64,000 nt of DNA, taken from NCBI GenBank assembly GCA_951406725.2, contig OX597832.1, positions 23,188,001 through 23,252,000 of the forward strand, given 5' to 3'. The stretch's first letter is position 1. Each line of letters starts with the position of its first letter. The notes under the pieces are model-generated. The model made no database searches. It saw only the letters and a program-made list of their open reading frames with translations, and was not told the DNA's origin. Positions 28,283-39,966 of the stretch are shown here, in pieces. The stretch comes from Octopus vulgaris. Taxonomy: Eukaryota. Both the position numbers and the translations under genes were made by a program.

Positions 28283-28497
28283 GTTCTAGTTATATACATA
28301 TATATACCTTCGTAACGCGGAGTAGATAAAATAGGGGACAACTGATGAGGGGAATGTTCTTTCTGTTGCATGTCCCGTTTCTCTGTTTGTTTGTTTTTCC
28401 CGTTGTTCGAAAATGAGTCCGTTCTATGTTTTTCTATTTTTGTTCTCCTTTCTCAGTTTGTCTACGTTTTTTGATGTCCTGTACTCATATATGCATG

Positions 28498-28589
<92 letters not shown>

Positions 28590-28771
28590 TATGTACATAT
28601 ATGTATGTATATATGCATATATTTATATAGTATTTATTTTATATTATATATATATATATATATTTATACACGCACACACACACATATATGTGTGTGTGTG
28701 TATTGTGTCTGTGTTTCTGTGTTTATGTATTTAATCACACTTGTATATATATATATATATATATATATATA

Positions 28772-28837
28772 CAAAAAGCAATAAAGATTCAAGTTAATTT
28801 AAATGAATTTACTTGAATATGGTACCTAACTTAGATG
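28772..28837 (-). repeat. Inverted 66-bp copy of PLE 29256-29321
   Basis: Reverse complement of CATCTAAGTTAGGTACC...GCTTTTTG. It overlaps the pLTR start by 3 nt (ATG). Confidence 0.9.
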
Positions 28838-29207
28838 GATAAATTTGTCGTCTGTGAGTATGTAATCCCTCCTCATATCTCTGGAAATTCATATGTACAC
28901 TATGGATTAAGTTACCTTCCCTGTGATGCTATTAAAACCTTTTTAAAATTCTGTGATAAGACTGTACACCATCTTTAAAGAACTTTAATGAACTTTGGAA
29001 ATCTGTTTATGTTACTTAATTATCTACATTACTTCATGAGTATAGCCTCAACCACTAGGATGTCTAGAGAACTCACATGTATTTTAGCTGATGAGTACGG
29101 GACACGTTTATATGCTGCAATTTTTGCAACTTTTAATAAAGCCTGTCCTTGTATGAAACGATTGTACTAAAAACCTATCCATTCTTGTTGCTTCTTTCTC
29201 GCTTATA
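28835..29207 (+). repeat. 5' pseudo-LTR (373 bp)
   Basis: Direct repeat of 33485-33857 (offset 4650) with only a few substitutions. The same 60-aa spurious ORF appears in both copies. Confidence 0.95.
29082..29172 (+). ncRNA. Type I hammerhead ribozyme in the 5' pLTR
   Basis: TTTTAG-CTGATGA-long stem II (GTACGGGACA...TGTCCTTGTAT)-GAAAC GATT GTA-CTAAAA. Predicted cut after 29166. Confidence 0.85.
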
Positions 29208-29375
29208 ATCACCCCACATTACTGTATTGTTAAAACCGTATAGTTTGTTTTGGTGCATCTAAGTTAGGTACCATATTCAAGTAAATTCATTTAAATTAAC
29301 TTGAATCTTTATTGCTTTTTGAATATATTCCCATACAGTCTGTATGTTTTTCTGGTACTTAATTTCTCAACAAGA

Positions 29376-32249
29376 ATGGAAAAAGTAAACATTGAGTTCT
29401 CCCCTAAAGACATCCCCTTACATAGTATAGATGAATATAATTGGCTTCTCATTCATAGGATTAACGATTTCATTAGAAGAATCAGGTGGAAAACGTACCA
29501 TTTTGATGTCAAACAGAAGAAGAAACCACAGGAAAAGAATACCGAAAAGAATTTTGGAAGAATTTTTAAAAGTAGAAAAAGTCCACCTCAGAACCCATTC
29601 CTGGAGAACTTTGAGAAAGACTTGCTGAATCTTATAGATGATATTAGCTTCAAGGAACACCCGTTGAGATACAACCCTCACCTTAGACACCTTAGGAACT
29701 TTATTCAGTCAACCAGGTGCAAACATGGAATCCTAGTACCAGCAGATAAAACGGGTAATATGTATAGAGTTGATTACGATCTTTATAGCAAATTAATTAG
29801 GAAGGAACTAAATTCCAAATATAAAATTACGACTAAGAACAATTTGAAAAAAGTAAACCTGGAAATGAAAGAGATCATGGAGAAACTAAATTTAACGGAT
29901 AGAACAGAGCCGCTTAAACCGTGTGAGCCCAGGATCAACCTTAAAGACCACAAAAAGAATTTCTTGGAAAACCCTTCGGTAAGGCTGATCTGTCCAACTA
30001 AGTCGGACATTGGCCGACTTAGTAAATCTATCCTGGATACTGTTCTACCCCAAATAACCCCTCTTCTCCCCTTAAACCTATGGCTAAGTACGGACGAAGT
30101 TCTAAAATGGTTTAACTCTCTAACTAATACTAGTAGTCTGTCCTTTATTCAGTTCGATATTAATAGTTATTACTCTAGTATTTCCCCTATCTTACTCAAT
30201 AAATCACTAATATTTGCCATGAATCGCTCCCTCATATCTAGAGAAGAAATCAATATTGTGCTACTAGCTAGGAAGACATTTATAGAATTTGAAGATAAAT
30301 TATGGACTAGAGCAGATACACCTAATTATTTTGATATACCAATGGGTTCCAGTGATTCGGCTGAGGTAACCAACCTAGTAGGCGCATATCTATTAAAATG
30401 CATAAGCAAGGATATCCCAGAAATACAGGGGGGTCTATATAGGGATGATGCTCTGTTTGTTATCCCTAGTAATAATAAATCTGTTATAGAAAGGATTAGA
30501 AAGAAAATTAATAAGTTCTTTAAGGATTTCAACCTCAGTATAACGTATGAACCGGGCACTAAAATAGTTAACTTCCTAGATATTACGCTAGACCTTAACT
30601 CCAAGCTGCATTACCCATTTAGAAAGGAAGGCGAAATCACGAATTACGTAAATAAATTATCAAATCATCCCCCAAATATAATTGAATCTTTAGTAAGAAA
30701 TATTTCATTAATAATTTCAAAATTATCATCCAATAAGGATATATTTAACTCCCATTCTGAGCATTATAATGCGGCGTTAACTAAGGCTGGATACAACCAA
30801 AAGATTACATTCGTTGATAAGGAGAACTCACGTATTCCTAATAAGGAAGTTATCAGTAATCACGTAAGCAGCAATACAGACCAAGCCCGAAATAAAAGTA
30901 GAATTAAATTAACGGTAAACGCTAATCTAACGTACAGGCCCAACAATTCAAATAGAAGCATTGACCAGAACATAGGTAACTCGGATAATATCGAAGTAGA
31001 TAAACCAAAGATGCACACAAATAAAAATAAAAATAATGGTAATAAATACAATAGCTCCGGTGAGATGAATAGTAATAATTCTACGAACCCTAAATTTAAT
31101 AAAAAAGATATAATATGGCTGAATATTCCTTTCAACTGTGCGATACAATCGGATATACAGAACAAATTCAAAGTAATTCTGGAAAAAAATTTCCCAATCT
31201 CTCATAGATATCATAGAATTATTTCTAGGAAAACAGTTAGGATTTCTTATTCAACCCTCCCAAATATGTCCACTTTAATAGCTAAGATTAATAATAACAA
31301 CATTAAACTAGCCAGGAAAAATAGAAATAAAAATAATAATATCAGCATGAATACCAATAGCAATTATAATAATACTACCAACAATAAAAACAGCAATAGT
31401 AACTATCAAAACATGGGTGAAATTAGTTACCACAGAATGACTAATAACATTAACATTAATAGTAATAATAACAATACCGATATTAATAGAAGTAATAATG
31501 TTAATAATAGAAATAATAGAAATAAGGCTAATGGAGAAAATAAGGAGAATGAAAATATCAGTGATATCTATAACAACAATATGCAGTCGGATAAAAAGAC
31601 TAACAATAATAGTAACATTACCAATAATATAAGAAATCATGGTAGGACTTTAGACCTAAAAGATGAAACAGAAGGATCAATAAATAATAGCAATACTTTA
31701 GATATCAGCACCAACTATAGAAATATTAATAACAATAAGGACAATTATACTCATGATAATCAAAATAATAGGAACCTAAGACATCTACCCAAGAATAATC
31801 CAAAACCTGAAGTTGTTCCTCCTGTGTGTAAGTGTAGAATAAAATCAAAATGCCCGGCACCTGGTCTATGCGGGGAAAATAATGTAATCTATAAATGTAC
31901 CATATCCACGGAGAATAACAAATATTTTTACATTGGATGTACAATTAATTTTCTAGCCAGAGTTAGAAATCACATCTCGTCTTTTAAATTACGTCATAAA
32001 GCTGGTACCACCACACTTTCAAACAAAATCTGGGAACTCAAAAATAATAATAATAATTATAACCTTAATTGGGAAATAGTTAGGAGAGCAATTCCGTATA
32101 AAAATAGCAGGGTTGGTTGCCAACTATGCTCCATGGAGACGTATGAAATTCTAAAGCATAGAAAACATAGAAACTTATTGAATAACCATATCGAACTAGG
32201 TCAAGTTTGTGTCCACGCTAAATTGAAGACTTTAAAATATTTTAAATGA
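29376..32249 (+). CDS. PLE reverse transcriptase + GIY-YIG endonuclease (957 aa from first ATG; frame open from 29301)
   Basis: PADKT, LKDHK..RLICP, motif A FDINSYYSSI, B PMGS, C YRDD, E NFLDITL, Cys linker CKCRIKSKCP..LC, VIY..YIG, R..NH and CQLC. No stops. Confidence 0.95.
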   Translation: MEKVNIEFSPKDIPLHSIDEYNWLLIHRINDFIRRIRWKTYHFDVKQKKKPQEKNTEKNFGRIFKSRKSPPQNPFLENFEKDLLNLIDDISFKEHPLRYNPHLRHLRNFIQSTRCKHGILVPADKTGNMYRVDYDLYSKLIRKELNSKYKITTKNNLKKVNLEMKEIMEKLNLTDRTEPLKPCEPRINLKDHKKNFLENPSVRLICPTKSDIGRLSKSILDTVLPQITPLLPLNLWLSTDEVLKWFNSLTNTSSLSFIQFDINSYYSSISPILLNKSLIFAMNRSLISREEINIVLLARKTFIEFEDKLWTRADTPNYFDIPMGSSDSAEVTNLVGAYLLKCISKDIPEIQGGLYRDDALFVIPSNNKSVIERIRKKINKFFKDFNLSITYEPGTKIVNFLDITLDLNSKLHYPFRKEGEITNYVNKLSNHPPNIIESLVRNISLIISKLSSNKDIFNSHSEHYNAALTKAGYNQKITFVDKENSRIPNKEVISNHVSSNTDQARNKSRIKLTVNANLTYRPNNSNRSIDQNIGNSDNIEVDKPKMHTNKNKNNGNKYNSSGEMNSNNSTNPKFNKKDIIWLNIPFNCAIQSDIQNKFKVILEKNFPISHRYHRIISRKTVRISYSTLPNMSTLIAKINNNNIKLARKNRNKNNNISMNTNSNYNNTTNNKNSNSNYQNMGEISYHRMTNNININSNNNNTDINRSNNVNNRNNRNKANGENKENENISDIYNNNMQSDKKTNNNSNITNNIRNHGRTLDLKDETEGSINNSNTLDISTNYRNINNNKDNYTHDNQNNRNLRHLPKNNPKPEVVPPVCKCRIKSKCPAPGLCGENNVIYKCTISTENNKYFYIGCTINFLARVRNHISSFKLRHKAGTTTLSNKIWELKNNNNNYNLNWEIVRRAIPYKNSRVGCQLCSMETYEILKHRKHRNLLNNHIELGQVCVHAKLKTLKYFK

Positions 32250-33292
32250 TTAGAATATTCGTAACTAGATAGATAGATAGATATAACTTGATTTTTACTA
32301 GTATAGCACTGCTTTAAGTAGATAACTAAGAGTTCTCACACTACAGTTATCTTTTTCCTTATATCTGCATCAGTTTTTTGAGAACAGGGAAATGAATAGT
32401 ACTTATACGCTGCTTAATTGAGGCTTTATTTAATTTCAAACTCATAATTTTAAATTTTTAAATCTTAATTTTAAATCTTAATTTTAATTTTTAATTTTAA
32501 TTCTTAACTTAATCTAATTTAAGTAGCATAACTTTAATAAAATAAAATGAGTTACTAAAGCCCCATAATTCTATTTCAAAATTAAATAAATAAGGCTACT
32601 CCCTCGGTGATAATATGATTATCTTCATTATGATAGACAATTCCCTAACACCTTGTAAATGATCTTCTAAGATTTGACCTGTAGTCCGTCAATGTATGAA
32701 TAATAACGGCAACTCCTTAAGACAGTAAAATGAATAAATTAAATAAATAAATTTTAATGACTTTTTGATAAGATTATACTTAGATTTTCCTAATGTATTT
32801 TCTTTTGATTTTAGCCTTTGACCCCTAAACCCCTAAACCCCTGACCGTGTTATCTCTTTAGATTCTCTTTAAATTCATAGCTGCTTTCGACAGCAATAAA
32901 TTAGCTGTTTTACTGGTCAAAGAATAATATTCTCCTCTAGTTCCTAGATGCCTGTAAATTAAAACCAGACTTGCCGTCTACTAATTCTTCTGTATAACTA
33001 GAACCCTCTTTTTTTCTTTTTCTTTTTTCCCTTCTTTCCCTATTTCTTTCTCTTTTCTTTTTTTCTTTTTCTTCTTCTTATTCTCTTTTTCTTTTTTTCT
33101 TTTTCCTTTTCTCTTCTCTTCTAGCCCCCCCCTTTTGCTCCCTCCCCCTTTATTTTCTCTCTTTCCTTCTCTTTCCTTCCCTTTTCTGTTCTTTGCCTCT
33201 CTAGAAAGCCCTTCAGCCTTTAAAAGTTAAATAGCTACAGTCTCTTGAAAATAGCAGTAATGTGATTAATGTGGCAAATACCTAATCATATA

Positions 33293-33586
33293 GCAAGAAT
33301 TGATACCCACCTCATTGTGTTCAACCATTGATAAATTTATCGCCTGTGAATATGAAATTCCTCTTCATTTCTCTGGAAATTTACATCTACACCATTGGAA
33401 ATTGTGCATCTATACAAAGGATTAATTCACCCTCTCTGTAATGCTAATAAGCAGGAATTGAAACCCACCTCGTTGTGATTAGCAATGGATAAATTTGTCG
33501 TCTGTGAGTATGTAATCCCTCCTCATATCTCTGGAAATTCATATGTACACTATGGATTAAGTCACCTTCTCTGTGATGCTATTAAA
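33293..33586 (+). repeat. Diverged tandem duplication in the PLE 3' UTR
   Basis: GCA(A/G)GAATTGA.ACCCACCTC.TTGTG...CTCTGGAAATT...GGATTAA.TCACC.TCTCTGT.ATGCTA at ~33293 and ~33451. Confidence 0.75.
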
Positions 33587-33851
33587 ACTTTTTTAAAATT
33601 CTGTGATAAGACTGTACATCATCTTTAAAGAACTTTAATGAACTTTGGAAATCTGTTTATGTTACTTAATTATCTACATTACTTCATGAGTATAGCCTCA
33701 ACCACTAGGATGTCTAGAGAACTCACATGTATTTTAGCTGATGAGTACGGGACACGTTTATATGCTGCAATTTTTGCAACTTTTAATAAAGCCTGTCCTT
33801 GTATGAAACGATTGTACTAAAAACCTATCCATTCTTGTTGCTTCTTTCTCG

Positions 33852-33857
<6 letters not shown>
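33485..33857 (+). repeat. 3' pseudo-LTR
   Basis: Direct repeat of 28835-29207, running into (TA)n. Confidence 0.95.
33732..33822 (+). ncRNA. Type I hammerhead ribozyme in the 3' pLTR
   Basis: Identical to 29082-29172. Confidence 0.85.
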
Positions 33858-33912
<55 letters not shown>

Positions 33913-33969
33913 GTGCGACTTAATTTGACCTTAAAATTGTATAGTTTGCTTTCACTTGCGTCTATCTAA

Positions 33970-34016
<47 letters not shown>

Positions 34017-34430
34017 TCTTCAACAAGTGAAAAAAGATACGTATCCAGACTAATGCACACGTATGTACAATGGTCTGCAACAATCCGCTTGAAGCGAAAA
34101 TATCACACATATTCCAAAAAATACCATGGTGGATCCAACAAATTATGCTGCCTCTTCCGTCCGTTTTGACTAATCGACTTTAGCTTGTTCGTCTTAACAT
34201 TCTCTCTGTTTTATATTCCGATATTCCACTCCACTAAATCTTTAGGTCTAAGCATATTTTTGTCTAGAAGCATTGAGTTGCTTTTTCCGTTTGACTTTAT
34301 TTTTTTTACTTTAAAAGCAGTTTTGGATTTTACGCTATCTGTATAGTATTCATAAATACTTACATAGCTTGCTTTGTCTATTTTAGCCTCACTCCCACTC
34401 TCTCATTTTATATGTCTTTGGGGCCGTATG

Positions 34431-34528
<98 letters not shown>

Positions 34529-34731
34529 TGTGTGTGAATAAAGATATAATAATGTTTGTATTCACATACACACACATGTGTATGTATATGTATATGAATA
34601 TGTGTGTTGCAATCTATGTATGATATGTATATGCATATAAGTATACTTGTATATTTATAGACATGTGTGTGTGCGTGCACGTATGTATAAACATATGTAG
34701 ACGTGTCTAACTTTCATTAGACCTGAGTATG

Positions 34732-34769
<38 letters not shown>

Positions 34770-34797
34770 CGTGTGTGTGTATGTATGTGTATGCATG

Positions 34798-34845
<48 letters not shown>

Positions 34846-34966
34846 TATATGTATGTATGTATGTATGTATGTATATATGTATGTATGTATGCCTGTGTAT
34901 GTGTGTAAGAGAGAGAGTGTGTGTGTGTGTATGTATGTAAGGATGATGCATGTATATATATATGTG

Positions 34967-34999
<33 letters not shown>

Positions 35000-35805
35000 G
35001 CCTGTGTACTTGCGTGAGCCTCTGTGTATGTGTGCAAGAGAGAGAGTGTGTGTGCGTGTGTGTTTGTGTTTGTATTTGTGTGTGTGCTCGTTTCTCTGTG
35101 TGTGTGTGTGTGTCTGTGTGCCGTAAGCATCACATACATATCTTGTACATTTTGGGTATTTATTCAAAGTTAATCAGCTAAAATGCTTCACTTCGTTAAA
35201 TCTCACATTATATATATATTCCATATGAATATACATGGGATGAGCATAGGAGAAGAGCCATACGCTTCAAGACAAAGTAGAAGAGAGAGAGAGATAGAAA
35301 GAGAAAAAGAAGACAGAGGAAAAACAGTGGGATTTATTGGACAGAACGAAATATATTGTAACTAAGCCAGATAAAATTTTGTTTGCAGCATCGTTTGAGC
35401 GGGATGGGCAATGTTAATGACCTTTGTGCAGAGCAGCCAAAGTAAAGAAGAGGGGAAGCTACAACTTAAGCGTAAATATCAGGCTGGTTACATGATGAGA
35501 ATGTCTGCCGTTGAGAGTTCACCGTTTAAGCTATCGAAGGGTCAGTTTGCAGCGGTATGTAACGAGACGATGGGTGGTGAGTAATTTAAAAGAAAAAGGA
35601 AAAGTAAAAATGAAAAATGAATTTATAGATGATAAAGTAAAAAAACTTGTGTATAAGGAATAAAAAAAAAGAAAGAGTTTATAAGTGGGAAGCAACAAGG
35701 TGAGAAAGTGGTTTGGAAATATGAAATTTGAAACAAATAAGAGCTGAAAGAATATAAGGCTGAAACGGGGATGGATAGAAAGAGTGTTTGTGAGAAATGA
35801 GTGTT

Positions 35806-35811
35806 AAGAAA

Positions 35812-35888
<77 letters not shown>

Positions 35889-36024
35889 GAAGGAAGAAAA
35901 GCAAAGAAAGAAAGAAAGAAAATAAAAAAAGAAAGAAAAAGGGAAAGTAAGAAAGACAGAAATAAATAAATAAAGAAAGAAAGAATGAAAGAATGAATGA
36001 ATGAATGAATGAATGAATGAATGA

Positions 36025-36068
<44 letters not shown>

Positions 36069-36122
36069 ATGAGAGAAAGAAAGAAAGAAAGAAAAGAGGA
36101 AGGAAAGAAAGAAAGAAAGAAG
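35806..36122. repeat. (AAAG)n/(GAAT)n microsatellite
   Basis: Read directly. Confidence 0.95.
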
Positions 36123-36243
36123 GGGAGATAGAGAGGCAAAATTTAAGTGTTTGTGAAGAAGGTAAGAGAGAAAGTGTTGAGGATTTTGGAGAACACCGAA
36201 ATAAAAATGTAGATCATACACAACAGAAGAGCGTAAAGAGAAA

Positions 36244-36274
<31 letters not shown>

Positions 36275-36352
36275 GAGAGGGAGAGAGAGAGAGAGAAATA
36301 GGAGGAAGGTAATAGGGATAGGTGTTTCGAAGGAAAGAAAAAGAACACATAC

Positions 36353-37422
36353 ATACGAGGAGGTACCTAAAAGTATCCGGAAACTTTCTCTGTGAGAAAG
36401 CCTGTTATAGTTCAGACTTTCGCCACGAGAAGTCATTTGTCGTCTGCTAACGTTGTACCGGAGTCGTCTGCTGACGTTGTACTACCACTTCGTGTGTCTT
36501 TGGTAGTGCGTCTCCTCTCTTTGTCGATTTTTGCAATGGCTGAATCGAAGGAACAGTGTGTTCTCGTGAAATTTTGTTTTCTGTCGAGGAAAACGGCGAC
36601 CGAAACAGTTGTCATGCCTCAAACAGCTTATAAGGACGCTACTATGAGCAAAGCATAAGTTTACGAGTAGTTTCTACGGTTCAGCAATGGTCACTTGTCG
36701 CTTGAAAACCAACCTCGTTCAAGGCGATTGTCGACCTCCCGAACGAATGCAAGCATGAAGAAAATTTATGAACTGATGTTGGGAGGCGTTCACCGAAAAA
36801 TTGACGCACGTTTTGAAATGACTGATGTGTCCTGGAGCTCCTGTCAAAGATTTTTAAGGAACAAATTGCGTTTGAAAAGAGTTGTGGCAAAATTTGTGTC
36901 TGAATGCGTGTCGTAAACTGAAAGAATGTTTTAAGCAGATACGGACCTTTATTGAAAATTCATCAATGGTAACGAAACTGTTGCTACGGCTACGACAGGG
37001 AAACGAAACAGCTGTCAAGTCAATGGAAGTATTCAATGTCACCATGTCCCAAAATATTAAACGTCAAGTGAAGTCCAGTGTCAAGACGATGATGAATTGT
37101 TTCAGGAATTGTCCACACGGAATTTGTTACTTCTGGCTAAACTGTTAACCAGACATTTTACTTCGTGGGTCTGAAGCATTTACAAGACACTGTGAGACGA
37201 ATTCTCCCCTACCCCAGCCTGTAGCAAAGTGTCGAGTGGTGATTTCATCACGACAATGCGCTTGTGTACACCGCCTTGACTATGAGAGATTTTGACCCAA
37301 AATGGCATGACCCCCACTTATCCATCCACCCGATTCGCCCGGTCTTGCCCCCTGGGATTTTTTATTGTTCCCCCGAATGAGAAAAAAATCCTCAAAGGAA
37401 AACATTTTGTAAATATGGAAGA
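36353..37422 (+). mobile_element. Decayed mariner transposon, 3' end lost
   Basis: TA-CGAGG...AAAAGTATCCGGAA TIR-like start. MAESKEQCVLVKFCF..KTATET..AYKD, PRS.R.STS, HHDNA and LKGKHF, with stops and frameshifts. Confidence 0.85.
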
Positions 37423-37424
37423 TT

Positions 37425-37497
<73 letters not shown>

Positions 37498-37504
37498 GTA
37501 TATA

Positions 37505-38090
37505 TGAATGAATGAATGAATGAATGTTCGTCCTTCGGTTCAAAGATGACCAACTGACATCATCTGATAGAACTGCCGCCATGAGACCTGAGGTGGCTGG
37601 TGAGGCCAATCCGGGCAAGGAAGCCCCTCCCACAGGTGGGGCAGAAGTGGGTAGGGGCCGTGCTACTGGTGCAGGCGGCTCTGGCTTTACGCATCTGACG
37701 TTTCTGCTCCGCTGACCGAATCCGTCCCTCCTCGGCTGTCCCTGCTCCCACGGTGATTGCGCTGCGCCAGGATGAGCGGTTGGCAGCAAGTGTCTCCCAG
37801 GTCTCTGTTCCGATGGAGAAGTCTTTGAGAGAGACCTTGAGACTATCCTTGTAGCGCTTCTTCTGCCTCCGACTTTGCGCCTGCCCTGGCCGAGTTCACC
37901 GTAGAAGAGCTGTTTTGGGATGCGAGTGTCGGACATGCGGGAGACGTGGCCCGCCCATCTCAGCTGGGCCTTGCGCATGATTGTGATGGTGCTAGGGAGA
38001 TCTGCTTGCTTCAGAACTTCCGTGTCTGGGACTTTGTCCTGCCAGCGGATGTGAAGGGGGTTCCGAAGACACCTGAGATGGAAGTGGTTT
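37505..38090 (-). pseudogene. RTE (BovB-like) LINE 3' fragment
   Basis: QLRWAGHVSRMSDTRIPKQLFYGEL and CPTCGRGFLARIGLTSHLRSH. (ATTC)n tail, one frameshift near 37860, GC-rich relative to flanks. Confidence 0.9.
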
Positions 38091-38105
38091 ATATGGAAGA
38101 TGGAA

Positions 38106-38170
<65 letters not shown>

Positions 38171-38557
38171 AATATATATAAGATATTACTTTATATAATT
38201 AAGGGCTCAGTAAAATAATTTACTTTACAACATACTGAAAGTTTTAGAAATAGCAGCCAAAACAATTTTTTCTTTAGCCATTTCTACTACTTTAAGAAGA
38301 ATCTCCCTGAAAGTGCTTACTCAAAAATATTAATATATATATATATGTCTTTCTCTTTTTTTCTCTCTCCTTCTGTCTCCGTCTTTCTCTCTGTCTGTCT
38401 GTCTCTCCCTCTCTATCTCCTTCTCCTCTCTCTCTCTCTCTCTCTCTATCTATCTCTCTCCTCTTTATCTACATATTTAGTTCGTTAAGATAAAGACGGC
38501 ATTAAGGCAAACGCAAATGTAAATTAAACTTACTGACGTGTCTGTAAGGACTTGTGC

Positions 38558-38559
<2 letters not shown>

Positions 38560-38650
<91 letters not shown>

Positions 38651-38741
38651 CATCATCATTATTATTATTATTATTATTATTTTATTATTATTATCATTAT
38701 TATTATTATTATTACTTATTATTACTATTATTATTATTATT
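38560..38741. repeat. (ATT)n microsatellite
   Basis: Read directly. Confidence 0.95.
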
Positions 38742-38742
38742 A

Positions 38743-38880
38743 AGGCGGCGACCTGGCGGAATCGTTATCACGCCGGGCGAAATACTTAGCGGCATTTTAC
38801 CCGTCGCTATGTTCTGGTTTCGAATTACCCTTGTACATACACTTATTGTATTGACTCCTTTCGGGGTCAATACAATAAGT
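38743..38880 (+). mobile_element. SINE family A fragment with internal inversion
   Basis: AGGCGGCGACCTGGCGGAATCG head, then the palindrome CCTTGTACATACACTTATTGTATTGAC/GTCAATACAATAAGTGTATGTACAAGG. Confidence 0.6.
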
Positions 38881-39378
38881 GTATGTACAAGGGGCTTCTT
38901 TCTGATGCCGCCTAGGGCTTTTGTCGGCCCGATGCTATAGTACAAGGCTCTTGTCCAAAAGTCAGAAAAGGGCGGGGCGAGACACGCAGTCATGTTGTTG
39001 ACAAGCTAACTTCTAACCACATTGTAACGCTCGTGGCCAGAAAAGTTATATCGACCAGAACATGATGACGTTCTCCGACTACGCAGAGAATGACATATGG
39101 TTTAAACATGGCGTATGAATTTTTGCAGCGATGTACACAGCGTCTTATGCCTTTTGAAGCTTCTAAGCGCAGCTTCTTTTGCCTCTTCTTTCATCTCTGT
39201 TTATCTTAACGAAGATATTAATTAGCTTAAAGTTCCCGAAGTTTCTACAACAGTTATGAGAATTAGGGCAAGCGATTTTTGTTTTCCTCCAGGTTGCGTT
39301 CTTTAAATAGTTATTAGCTTTATTTACACCTCTTTGTTTCTCTCTGTCTCTCTCTGTCTCTCTGTCTCTCTCTCTCTG

Positions 39379-39430
<52 letters not shown>

Positions 39431-39460
39431 GTATACATGTGTGTGTATGTGCATAAAATA

Positions 39461-39514
<54 letters not shown>

Positions 39515-39530
39515 ATTTTATTTTATAGAG

Positions 39531-39585
39531 GGAGCTTCTACAGGACTAGGACTGTTTCATTCAAAAGAAATCATCAGGAAGCTTC
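39531..39585 (-). ncRNA. Hammerhead ribozyme, antisense arm of a palindrome
   Basis: Minus strand reads AGCTTC-CTGATGA-TTTC TTTT GAAT-GAAA-CAG TCCTAGTC CTG-TA-GAAGCT. Confidence 0.75.
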
Positions 39586-39628
39586 CTGATGATTTCTTTT
39601 GAATGAAACAGTTCTAGTCCTGTAGAAC
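39578..39628 (+). ncRNA. Hammerhead ribozyme, sense arm of a palindrome
   Basis: CTTC-CTGATGA(39586)-TTTC TTTT GAAT-GAAA-CAG TTCTAGTC CTG-TA-GAA. Stem I has a 1-nt deletion. Confidence 0.65.
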
Positions 39629-39711
39629 TCCTTCTATAAAATAAATTAATTTACTCTGCTATGTATTGAGTACCTTATTTACTGTGGTTAACCCCGACTC
39701 AACCCGGGACC

Positions 39712-39784
<73 letters not shown>

Positions 39785-39966
39785 TTGTTATTGTGTTAAA
39801 ATGTCGTATGTCCAAATTTGACCAAATTCGATTTTTTTTTTCTTTTTCAATATTTATTCTTGCTTCTATTAGTCAGTTCTTTTGGTCAAAGTATCCTATC
39901 CTCAGCTGCTTCCAATGCCCTGCTATCAAAAATTGTCAAAGTGTCGCACAACTGTTTTGCTATTGC

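Larger units (their letters stand above)
28772..33857 (+). mobile_element. Full-length Penelope-like retroelement (EN+, C-terminal GIY-YIG) inserted in (TA)n
   Basis: Intact RT-GIY-YIG ORF, direct pseudo-LTRs with hammerheads, an inverted 5' segment and (TA)n on both flanks. Confidence 0.95.

Noticed and set aside
27860-28480. GACAA-CTGA(T/C)GA motifs at ~27985(-) and 28342(+) as hammerheads
   Set aside because: I could not build stem I and a correctly placed GAAA/UH. They may be decayed pLTRs but are unsupported.
28988-29170. 60-aa ORF duplicated at 33638-33820
   Set aside because: The duplication reflects the pLTR. The ORF overlaps the ribozyme and has no recognisable domain.
28835-33857. 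LTR retrotransposon
   Set aside because: There are no TG..CA ends, gag, protease or integrase. RT and GIY-YIG indicate a PLE.
35389-35576. Possible host exon with AG acceptor and GTGAGT donor
   Set aside because: All three frames contain stops and there is no other support.
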